Assembly (NCBI GenBank): GCA_946615905.1
Contig: CAMOIE010000001.1
Span: 44,318 to 108,317 of the forward strand
Length of the DNA stretch: 64,000 bases
Origin: an uncultured Treponema sp.
GTDB lineage: Bacteria; Spirochaetota; Spirochaetia; Treponematales; Treponemataceae
Direction: 5' to 3'
A program made the translations under genes and the position numbers. The notes under the pieces were generated by a model. That model made no database searches and had not been told where the DNA came from. It saw only the letters and a program-made list of their open reading frames with translations. Positions 48,352-56,255 of this stretch are shown piece after piece (within the stretch, counting starts at the first letter, position 1; the number at the start of each line of letters is the position of its first letter).

Positions 48352-49386
48352 ATGATTTTCCCCAATCCCCTAAAAAAAGGCATGACAATCGGAGTCGCAT
48401 CTCCATCTTTCGGCTGCACGATAGAGCCGTATATCTCTCGTTTTAACGAGGCTCTTAAAAAATTTGCAGAATACGGCTACAAGGTCAAAGTCGGGGACTG
48501 CTGCTACAAGTCTGACGGAATCGGTATTTCGACAAATCCAAAAGACGCGGCGGCCGAGCTGACAGAATTTTACTGCGACCCGGAGATTGACGCGGTGATT
48601 TCCTGCGGAGGCGGGGAGCTGATGTGCGAGACTATCTCTTACGTTGACTTTGAACGCATAAAGTCCGCCCCCGCAAAGTGGTTTATGGGCTATTCGGACA
48701 ACACGAATTTTATCTATCCGCTTGTGACCAAGTGCGGTGTCGCCGCGATTTACGGGAACAATTTCCCCGGATTCGGAAAGCCCTGGGAGGGGCCGGAGAC
48801 TGACGCATGGAAGCTGCTTGAGGGAAATGATTTTACAGTCCACGGCTATGAGAAATTCCAAAGCCCCGAGACTGAGCTGACTGACCCGCTTTCAAAATAT
48901 ATTTTGAATGAAGAGAAAATTCTGAAAGTCTGGAAGAATGGCAGCTTTACAAAAGAAAAAATCGAGTTCTCCGGAACGCTGCTTGGCGGCTGCCTTGACG
49001 TGCTTGCGGGGCTTGCAGGAACCCGCTTTGACGGAATAAAAGACTTTAACAGGGAGAATCCTAAGACAATCTGGATTTTGGAAGCCTGCGATTTAAGCCC
49101 CATGGACATAAGGCGTTCAATTTGGCGGCTGGACGAGTGCGGATTTTTTGCGAACGCGGCGGGATTTTTAATCGGGCGGCCGCTTGCGGCCTGGAAGCAG
49201 GAGATGATGGGAGTCAATCAATATAACGCCGTCAGTGATTTGCTCGAAAAATACCATGTTCCGATTGTTTTTGACGCGGATTTGGGTCATATTGACCCGG
49301 CCATGCCTCTGGTCATGGGGGCGGGAGCCAGAGTGACCGTGTGTGGAAACGACATAACGGTAAAAATGGACCTTAAAAATCGCTGA
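48352..49386 (+). CDS. S66 family peptidase (LD-carboxypeptidase/MccF-like)
   Basis: SCGGGE, FMGYSDNT, GTLLGGCL, ILE and DLGHI motifs. Confidence 0.9.
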   Translation: MIFPNPLKKGMTIGVASPSFGCTIEPYISRFNEALKKFAEYGYKVKVGDCCYKSDGIGISTNPKDAAAELTEFYCDPEIDAVISCGGGELMCETISYVDFERIKSAPAKWFMGYSDNTNFIYPLVTKCGVAAIYGNNFPGFGKPWEGPETDAWKLLEGNDFTVHGYEKFQSPETELTDPLSKYILNEEKILKVWKNGSFTKEKIEFSGTLLGGCLDVLAGLAGTRFDGIKDFNRENPKTIWILEACDLSPMDIRRSIWRLDECGFFANAAGFLIGRPLAAWKQEMMGVNQYNAVSDLLEKYHVPIVFDADLGHIDPAMPLVMGAGARVTVCGNDITVKMDLKNR

Positions 49387-49504
49387 TAAAATAAAATTTG
49401 AGTAATTTTGACACAGTTTTACTGTGTCATTTTGGAACAATTTGCCCTCGGAAGATGGAAATTTTCCGCTAAGCGAAAAAAATCTTTCGGATATAAGGAC
49501 GAAT

Positions 49505-49626
49505 TGCGCAAGGATTGCTGGGTGTGCGTTGCGCACACCCGACACAAATTGCTACGCAATTTCTGTCACCTTATTCGAGGCTTTTATCTGTTGCCGGAAA
49601 GCCCAGACGGCAATGCCTTTGCGCCC
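49505..49626 (+). repeat. Structured intergenic element copy F (Flavo-1-like)
   Basis: TGCGCAAGGATTGCTGG...CCGGAAAGCCCAGA-CGGCAATGCC-TTTGCGCCC; internal perfect hairpins GGGTGTGCG/CGCACACCC and AAATTGC/GCAATTT. Confidence 0.75.
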
Positions 49627-49680
49627 AAAAAGAAAAAAAATCCACAATTTTTATAATTTTTTTCACTTTTTTTTTGAAGG

Positions 49681-49698
49681 TTGGCACGTCTCTTGCTA
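49681..49698 (+). promoter_or_regulatory. Sigma-54 (-24/-12) promoter for hsp20
   Basis: TTGGCACG-TCTC-TTGCT matches TGGCACG-N4-TTGCW; GG (49683) and GC (49695) are exactly 12 apart. Confidence 0.75.
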
Positions 49699-49760
49699 AT
49701 ATCATAGTGTACGGCAAAAGAGCCGCACGAAAAACTACAAACAATTTTTGGAGGCATGAT

Positions 49761-50192
49761 ATGAACGAACTTTCACTTTTTAACACACTTTTTGGTGATG
49801 ACGAACCCGACTTGGGATTCAACTTCCCGGTTTTCAGCGCAAAGACTGTCACTGCGCCGAAAGTTGACGTAAAAGAGACTAAGGACTGCTACTCATTGGA
49901 CATGGACTTGCCCGGAAAAACTGAGAAGGACGTTGACTTGAGCATCGACGACAATGTTTTGACAATTTCCTCACACCACGAGGAGGCAAAAGAGGAAAAA
50001 TCTGACAAAAAAGAGGAAGGCTCCTGGCTTATCCGCGAGCGCCGCTCATACAACTTCAGCCGCCGCTTCACTCTTCCCCAGGACGTTGACTCCGAGGGAA
50101 TCAAGGCAAGCTTCAAGAACGGGGTTTTGCATGTGAATATGCCGAGAAAGGCTCTTCCGCAGCCCAAGAAAATCGCAATTGAAGTAGCGTAA
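49761..50192 (+). CDS. Hsp20/alpha-crystallin small heat-shock protein
   Basis: PKVDVKET, DLPG, IRER....FSRRFTLP and ASFKNGVL motifs; GGAGG RBS. Confidence 0.95.
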   Translation: MNELSLFNTLFGDDEPDLGFNFPVFSAKTVTAPKVDVKETKDCYSLDMDLPGKTEKDVDLSIDDNVLTISSHHEEAKEEKSDKKEEGSWLIRERRSYNFSRRFTLPQDVDSEGIKASFKNGVLHVNMPRKALPQPKKIAIEVA

Positions 50193-50208
50193 ACTTTAAC
50201 TTTGTGAG

Positions 50209-50243
50209 AGCCCGCTGATTGATTTCGGCGGGCTTCTTTGTTT
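50209..50243 (+). terminator. Intrinsic terminator after hsp20
   Basis: AGCCCGCTGA-N6-TCGGCGGGCT followed by a T-rich tail. Confidence 0.75.
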
Positions 50244-50338
50244 GAAATCCTCAAATTCTGGATTATAATTAAAAGAATATCAGCCGATTATCTAAATAGA
50301 AATTTATTGCTGAAATTATTGCAAAAACGGAGGATTTC

Positions 50339-51226
50339 ATGAAAAAATCACTGGCGCTTATTTCTGCCGCAATTCTGGCGGGAAATTTGTACGCATTCGA
50401 TACGGCCGCATCTCTCAAACCGGCAGGTTCTGTAAGCGAATATACAAAGACTTCATTTACAATCACACAGAAATTTGGTGATTATTATCGGTCACCGAAG
50501 GCAAAATACATTCATTCTTTTGACGCAAGCGGACGCGAAGTTTCATCCACAGAAATGACGAATAAGGATTCTTTGGTTGACCGTCTGGCTTATGAATATG
50601 ACGCAGGTGGCAATTTGGTTTCTACAACCGCTTTTGACGCTGACGGAAAAATCACTTGGAAAACTTCTATTACCTACAAAGATGGTGTAAAGGCTGATGA
50701 GTCTGAATACAATGCAAGCAACATTTTGGTGAACAAGTCAATTTGGAAAATCACCCCCGGAAAAGAAAGCGAAGAGGCCTTCTATAATGCTGATGGTGCC
50801 TTGCTTGGAAAGACAATCACAAAATTTGACAACCAAAAACGTGATTCAGAAGTTTGTGTTTACAACGCTGACGGTGCTCTCGATGAAAAACGGATTTACA
50901 CATACAACGATGCAGGCCGCCTTTCTGAGGTTACTTATTACAATGGAGCCGGAATCCAGACAAAGAAAAACGTCTACCGCTTTGATGAAAGCTATGCAAT
51001 TACAGAATTGCAGACTTACAACGAGGCTAACAAACTGACACAGAGAATTATTTACAAATATGACGACAAAGGAAACGTTGTCCGCGAGACAACTTACGCC
51101 GTTGCGGATAAATTCGGCGGTACGGTGAACGAACTCGTTGATATTTGCGAATATTCCTACAATTACGGCTCTTCTGCCGCAACTGCACAGCCGGTAAGAA
51201 GCAATCCTTCTGCTGTTGCAAAATAA
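50339..51226 (+). CDS. Secreted hypothetical protein with YD-like (Y.YD..G) repeats
   Basis: Signal peptide MKKSLALISAAILAGNLYA; repeats YEYDAGGN, YTYNDAGR, YRFDESY and YKYDDKGN; GGAGG RBS. Confidence 0.75.
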   Translation: MKKSLALISAAILAGNLYAFDTAASLKPAGSVSEYTKTSFTITQKFGDYYRSPKAKYIHSFDASGREVSSTEMTNKDSLVDRLAYEYDAGGNLVSTTAFDADGKITWKTSITYKDGVKADESEYNASNILVNKSIWKITPGKESEEAFYNADGALLGKTITKFDNQKRDSEVCVYNADGALDEKRIYTYNDAGRLSEVTYYNGAGIQTKKNVYRFDESYAITELQTYNEANKLTQRIIYKYDDKGNVVRETTYAVADKFGGTVNELVDICEYSYNYGSSAATAQPVRSNPSAVAK

Positions 51227-51267
51227 ATTAAATCGGCATGATGTCCTGGTGGATTTGTAAAATAGGA

Positions 51268-52773
51268 TTACAAGTCCGCCACAGCTTCTATCAGAGAAAA
51301 GGGGGTCATGCTGTAGTCATTTTTGATTTTTCGTGAGGCGAGCGCATGTGCTAAAGAGCCGCTGACCGCAGCCTCAAAAGTCTTATAGCCTTGGGCAAGC
51401 AGACCGCAAATCAGCCCAGAAAGGACATCCCCGCTTCCTGCCTTTGCAAGACAGTTGGTTCCGAAGGGATTTATGCACACCGTCATTTTTCCGTTTGAAT
51501 ACATTCCAATCACAGGATTCGCACCTTTTACCAGCAGGACAGTCTCTGGAAATTTCTTGCAAAAAAGAGGAATCAGCTCCAGCCTTTTATTCACGCAATC
51601 AGAAATTGAAAAAGTTCCAAGCCCGCAAATCTCAAGGAGCGACTGAAATTCCTTTGGATGCGGAGTAAGAATGCAATTCGTCCCCCGTCCGGACAAAAAT
51701 TCCGGGAGATTTTTGTAATAGCATGCATCGGCATCGATTAAAGCCGGAATTTCAGCGTGATTTTTCAGCCAGTCAAAATAATGTTCCAGAATTTCGTGTT
51801 TACGGCTAAGACCCGGTCCGATTGCAATGGCAGTCACATTTTGGGGAAAAGAGGTCGAGGCCATAATTTCCGCAGGGATTTGAGGCAGCTCTTCCTTTGA
51901 AAAATCTGAATCCATTCGCACAAGAGAGACAAGTCCACTGCCGAATCTCAAGGCTGCGCTTGCGGCAATACATGCGGCTCCGGGCTTTTCTCCACAGGCG
52001 ACTGCCGAATGACCGAAAGAACCCTTGTTCACCAAATTTGATTTTCTGTGGGGGAGTCTCAAGTCGGATTCTTCAAGCAAAAAAGCATTAGGGAGTATTT
52101 TTTCAGAAGAATTCTCGAAATTAACTCTGGAAATGCCCAAGTCTTTGACGATAATTTTTCCGGTAAAATCTTTTGCTGAATCAGAATAAAGAGAGGATTT
52201 CAACGCCCCCATCGTGACCGTCAGATTCGCCTTGAAAATATTCTCAGCGCAAGTTCCGTCTTCCGCAAGACCAGAGGGCAAGTCGCAGGCGATTTTGTAG
52301 GCTGTCAGCGAATTGATTTTCTCAAAGAGAGAATTTACTTCCGTCGGGAATTCCCCGTGAAAGCCGGAGCCGAAAAGGCAGTCAACGATTACGTCAGCTT
52401 TTTGAAATTCTTTGGGAAGATTTTCAAAATCCCCGGAATAAAAATTCACCCCAGTCTTTTTTGCCCTTTCAGCCTGAATTTTGCACAGGTCAGATTTTGG
52501 CTGACTGACTTGAAAAAGGGCAATTCCGCCATCTTCCAGAAAATTTCCAGTCATCCGGCGGGCAAAGACATAACCGTCAGCCCCGTTGTTGCCGGAACCG
52601 CACAAAACGAGGATTTTTAAAAATTCCGGGCGAATTTCAAGGTCATCACAAAAAGAAAAAAAGCCCTCTTCCAAACCGGAAGCGGCGTTTTCCATCATGA
52701 TTTCTTCGGTGAGCAAAAATTTTTCACGCGCCGCACAATCAAGAGGACGCGTGTCAGAAAAGAGAACTTTCAT
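51268..52773 (-). CDS. nnr: Bifunctional NAD(P)H-hydrate epimerase/dehydratase (YjeF)
   Basis: GSGNNGADG, DCLFGSG, DLPSG, NKG.FGH, IGPGL, IDADA, LTPHPKEF and AGSGDVLSG motifs. Confidence 0.93.
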   Translation of the reverse strand: MKVLFSDTRPLDCAAREKFLLTEEIMMENAASGLEEGFFSFCDDLEIRPEFLKILVLCGSGNNGADGYVFARRMTGNFLEDGGIALFQVSQPKSDLCKIQAERAKKTGVNFYSGDFENLPKEFQKADVIVDCLFGSGFHGEFPTEVNSLFEKINSLTAYKIACDLPSGLAEDGTCAENIFKANLTVTMGALKSSLYSDSAKDFTGKIIVKDLGISRVNFENSSEKILPNAFLLEESDLRLPHRKSNLVNKGSFGHSAVACGEKPGAACIAASAALRFGSGLVSLVRMDSDFSKEELPQIPAEIMASTSFPQNVTAIAIGPGLSRKHEILEHYFDWLKNHAEIPALIDADACYYKNLPEFLSGRGTNCILTPHPKEFQSLLEICGLGTFSISDCVNKRLELIPLFCKKFPETVLLVKGANPVIGMYSNGKMTVCINPFGTNCLAKAGSGDVLSGLICGLLAQGYKTFEAAVSGSLAHALASRKIKNDYSMTPFSLIEAVADL

Positions 52774-52809
52774 TTTTTATAAGTTAAAAGGTCTGCAATC
52801 CGTCTGGAA

Positions 52810-52971
52810 TTAGGAATGAGATGCGATGTACGAAACAAAGTCATCGGTAGAGGCTGTGCAGCCGTTTGCCTGTAAAAATGCGTCTATTGTTCCGTTGTCA
52901 GTTGCTTCTTCAAGAGCCTTTTCCAAATCTGGGCTTGCGATAACTTTCTTGTAAAATTCTTCTGCGTTCAT
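52810..52971 (-). CDS. 53-aa Nif11-like leader-domain peptide (not in the ORF track)
   Basis: Translated by hand: MNAEEFYKKVIASPDLEKALEEATDNGTIDAFLQANGCTASTDDFVSYIASHS*; TG-C-TAGACT -10 box 7 nt upstream of the ATG. Confidence 0.65.
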   Translation of the reverse strand: MNAEEFYKKVIASPDLEKALEEATDNGTIDAFLQANGCTASTDDFVSYIASHS

Positions 52972-53035
52972 ACCAAATAGTCTAGCACGTTTCTGAAAAA
53001 AAGCCTAATGAAATCGCTTTAGAATTGACAAATTG

Positions 53036-54403
53036 TTAAATTACTTTTTTTGAAAGCCATTTTTTGCTGCAAAAACGGGTCAAGAACATGATTGCACGGA
53101 AAACCCAGTCAATGTACATTCCGAACCAAACTCCGTAAAGGGCGATTCCATGGTTATCCGGGAATTTTCTAAGGAGAAAGAGCGAAATCAAGTAGCTGAA
53201 CAAAACGCGGAAAAGCCACATTGAAATATTTGAGACAACCATTGTGTACTTTGCGTCACCGGCGGCACGGAGAATATTTGGCATTGTGAATGACATCGGC
53301 CAGAAAATTACGTTGGCACACATGCAAGTTCTCACGACCCCAACGGTCAGATTGGAGGCGGCTTGTGAAAGGTTGAAGAATTCGACGAAGAAGGGGGTGA
53401 ATGCAAAAATCACAGATGACGTAAGCAGCATGGCGATGTAGGTTTCCCGCATGAGTTTTTTACCGTAGCCGACAGCCTGATCTTTTTCTCCGGCTCCAAT
53501 GCATTGACCGATTACCGTCACGGATGCCAAGCCGATTGCGTTGCCTGGAATATTAGAGAATGAGGCCATTGTGTTTGAAATTGCGTTTGCAGCGATTGCC
53601 ACTGTTCCGAAGCCTGACATAAATGACTGGACTGAAATTTTTCCGATATGAAAGACAGAATTTTCGATACCGGACGGAATTCCGATTTTTAAAATCCTGT
53701 GGATCATCGCCCTGTCCCAGACAAAGTGATGTAGATTTTCGTAGTAGATTTCATTTTTTCCATGTCGGCAAAGGAGGAAAGTCATGACTGTCGCTGCAAA
53801 AAACCTTGAGGTCAGCGTGGAAATTCCAGCTCCTGCCACTCCAAGCTTTGCCCCATAGATTAAAACCGCGTTTCCACCGATATTGATTAAATTCATTAAA
53901 ATGCTGACTTTTAGGCTCAGTTTGCTGTTGCCCATAGAGCGGTAGAGGGCTGCTGATGAGTTATAAATTGCTAGAAATGGGAATGAAAGCAAAACCCAGG
54001 CAAAATAAGTCAAGGCATTGGACATAACGTCAGACTCGATTCCGCCATAAAGAAAATTCAAAATTATTTTTCGCAAGGGCAGGCAAATTAGGACAACTGC
54101 GAGTCCTGCAAAAACTGAAAGGTAGAAAAGTTGTTTGGCGGCCTTGCGGGCTGATTTTTTGTCTTGATGACCTAAATACTGACTGGAAATTACGGCTCCA
54201 CCTGTTGCAAAGGCGGCAAAAAGCTGAATCATCAGTTGGGAAAACTGGTCGATTAAGGAAACTCCGCTGACTCCGGCTTCGCCCACGGAAGAAACCATAA
54301 CCGTATCGCAGGCTCCGATTGCAATTGCCAAAAACTGCTCTGCAATCAGCGGCAAAATCAAGCGGATAAGGTATTTTTTACTAAAAAGGGGCTTCCCTGT
54401 CAT
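53036..54403 (-). CDS. MATE family efflux transporter
   Basis: 12 TM segments; DTVMVSSVGE..V.GV, LKIGIPSGIE and LRAAGD.KYTM motifs. Confidence 0.92.
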   Translation of the reverse strand: MTGKPLFSKKYLIRLILPLIAEQFLAIAIGACDTVMVSSVGEAGVSGVSLIDQFSQLMIQLFAAFATGGAVISSQYLGHQDKKSARKAAKQLFYLSVFAGLAVVLICLPLRKIILNFLYGGIESDVMSNALTYFAWVLLSFPFLAIYNSSAALYRSMGNSKLSLKVSILMNLINIGGNAVLIYGAKLGVAGAGISTLTSRFFAATVMTFLLCRHGKNEIYYENLHHFVWDRAMIHRILKIGIPSGIENSVFHIGKISVQSFMSGFGTVAIAANAISNTMASFSNIPGNAIGLASVTVIGQCIGAGEKDQAVGYGKKLMRETYIAMLLTSSVIFAFTPFFVEFFNLSQAASNLTVGVVRTCMCANVIFWPMSFTMPNILRAAGDAKYTMVVSNISMWLFRVLFSYLISLFLLRKFPDNHGIALYGVWFGMYIDWVFRAIMFLTRFCSKKWLSKKVI

Positions 54404-54465
54404 AGGCAAGAAAGATTAGCACAGAATGTCCGAGATTACAAATACAGGAAATTATGACGAATTGC

Positions 54466-55926
54466 TTACAGCCGAATTTTCACTGCGCCGGATTTTTTGT
54501 CTTTCTCAAAGCCATCGGTAAAGTCCGGGGCGGAAATCTCAAGCAAGTCGCCGTTTTGCGGGTGAAAGCCTTTTGTCCCGACCGCAAGAAAAAGTCCTGC
54601 CTGACTGCAAGCGTACCAGCCAAAGGCGTGGTCTTCCGGCAGACGGATTTCGTCAGAGGCGATTCTGATTTTGAGAGTCTTTTGCCCGGAAAGCTCATGC
54701 AGGTCTTCCCGCTCTTCGATTTTAATATTTTCTGCCTGACCGGATTTTCTTTTGCAGACCACGAAGGAAAGACCCGCCCTTTCTTTTGCAAGCCCTGATT
54801 TTTCCGAGAGTTTTAAAAGACCTTTCGGGGCATCCTCTGTTGAGAAGGCGAAGTTGCACCATTTTCCGCCTTTTTTCGCGTCTCGGCCGTCCATCGGGCA
54901 TTCGCGGGCGTGGGGGCAGGGGGCGACCGGCAAAAATCCCCGGCGGAGGAATGAATCTCGCATCAACGATACAAATCTTGCCGAATGAGGGTCGCCCGGC
55001 TCTATCATGATGATGGTCTGCGGAGCTTTTTCTTCAGCAGAAAAATAATTTTCGATTTCACGCTGGTATTTTTTTGCCAAAAAGTCTGAGGCTGTCGGAC
55101 TTTCGCTTTGCCTGGACTGAATCACTTCGTTGAAAACATTCGCACTCGTAATCAGGCGGGGAGATTTTTTTACGCCCGTTCCAAGAGAGCCTTTTATGCG
55201 GACAATCTGCCAAGGCTCCTGGTTTTCGGCCGACGTTTTTGCCGCCACAGAAAGAAAAAGCTCTTCCCCGGCGGACAAGGCCCCCTGTGACAAGTCCATG
55301 CAGTACCAGGTTATTTTTTTTGACCGCAATTCTGGGCGGGCAAGCCAGAGGGCAATCACGACTGTTAGGGGGCCGGAGCCGATGTCCAAAGCTGTGTCTC
55401 CGTCCTGTAAGTCAAAAGTGTTAGCCGGGAGATTTGCAAAGAGTCTGGTCAGACGGACTAAATTCCACCACATAAAATAATTGATGTAGGCGGCCAGGGC
55501 GGAATTATTGTTCATGTAGCCTAAGCGGCGGCTTCCCCGGTCGTCTGTAAGCTCGTGGGAAAGTTTTTTGATTTCTCCGCCAAGGGTGACTTGCTGCTTG
55601 CTGCTCAAATTCAGGACTGAGGAAATCACTTGGTCAAAATTATTCAGGACTTCAAGGCTTTCTTTTGAGATTGCGCTTGCGTCAAAAAGATGACTGCATG
55701 GATATTTTGTCCCGAAAGATTTTTTTGAGTCGGGATTTTTCGCCTTTCTGATGTTTTTTCTGTCGAGTCCGGATTTTTCACTTTTCCCGGCGAATTTTTC
55801 AGATTTGCTGAATTTTTTCTCTTCTTTCTTATCGTGCGCGGACTTGGAATTTTTTTGCGTCTTAGGCTTTTTTCCTGAAGCCTTTACCCACCAGGGATTT
55901 TCTGTGCTTTTTTCTGAATCTCTCAT
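54466..55926 (-). CDS. Rsm22/METTL17-family methyltransferase-like protein
   Basis: LDIGSGP SAM motif, IEPG, APCPH...CP...WCNF and a later ACS; basic low-complexity N-terminus. Confidence 0.75.
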   Translation of the reverse strand: MRDSEKSTENPWWVKASGKKPKTQKNSKSAHDKKEEKKFSKSEKFAGKSEKSGLDRKNIRKAKNPDSKKSFGTKYPCSHLFDASAISKESLEVLNNFDQVISSVLNLSSKQQVTLGGEIKKLSHELTDDRGSRRLGYMNNNSALAAYINYFMWWNLVRLTRLFANLPANTFDLQDGDTALDIGSGPLTVVIALWLARPELRSKKITWYCMDLSQGALSAGEELFLSVAAKTSAENQEPWQIVRIKGSLGTGVKKSPRLITSANVFNEVIQSRQSESPTASDFLAKKYQREIENYFSAEEKAPQTIIMIEPGDPHSARFVSLMRDSFLRRGFLPVAPCPHARECPMDGRDAKKGGKWCNFAFSTEDAPKGLLKLSEKSGLAKERAGLSFVVCKRKSGQAENIKIEEREDLHELSGQKTLKIRIASDEIRLPEDHAFGWYACSQAGLFLAVGTKGFHPQNGDLLEISAPDFTDGFEKDKKSGAVKIRL

Positions 55927-55931
55927 GGCTC

Positions 55932-56255
55932 TTAGTTCTTTCGGTATTTTCTGACAGTCAGATATAAATCTGAAAGCTCTCTCCGCAGCTGACGGATGTT
56001 GTCCAAAATGTCAGCGTGGGCATCGTAATTCATCGTGTCGTTGAGAAGCTCGTCGCGTGCGCCTTCAATCGTGAATTTGCGCTCGTTGATTAGGAATTTG
56101 AGTCGCAGAATCATGTCCACGTCGCGCTCGGTGTAAACGCGCCTGCCGCCCATGTCCTTTTTTGGCGCAAAAGCCGGGATAACTTCTTCCCAGTAGCGCA
56201 GGATGTGGGCTTTTATGCCGGTCAATTCCTCAACTTCTCCGATTGAATATGTCAC
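55932..56255 (-). CDS. MerR family HTH regulator
   Basis: YSIGEV..LTGIK.HILRYWE, GGRRVY and FTIEGAR motifs. Confidence 0.9.
   Translation of the reverse strand: MTYSIGEVEELTGIKAHILRYWEEVIPAFAPKKDMGGRRVYTERDVDMILRLKFLINERKFTIEGARDELLNDTMNYDAHADILDNIRQLRRELSDLYLTVRKYRKN

Noticed and set aside
48352-49386. S66 peptidase as microcin immunity or defence gene; locally GC-rich
   Set aside because: No toxin or bacteriocin genes nearby; a housekeeping LD-carboxypeptidase role is sufficient
49681-49699. CIRCE (HrcA) operator upstream of hsp20
   Set aside because: TTGGCAC..TTGCTAA lacks the 9-9-9 CIRCE geometry; it fits the sigma-54 consensus instead
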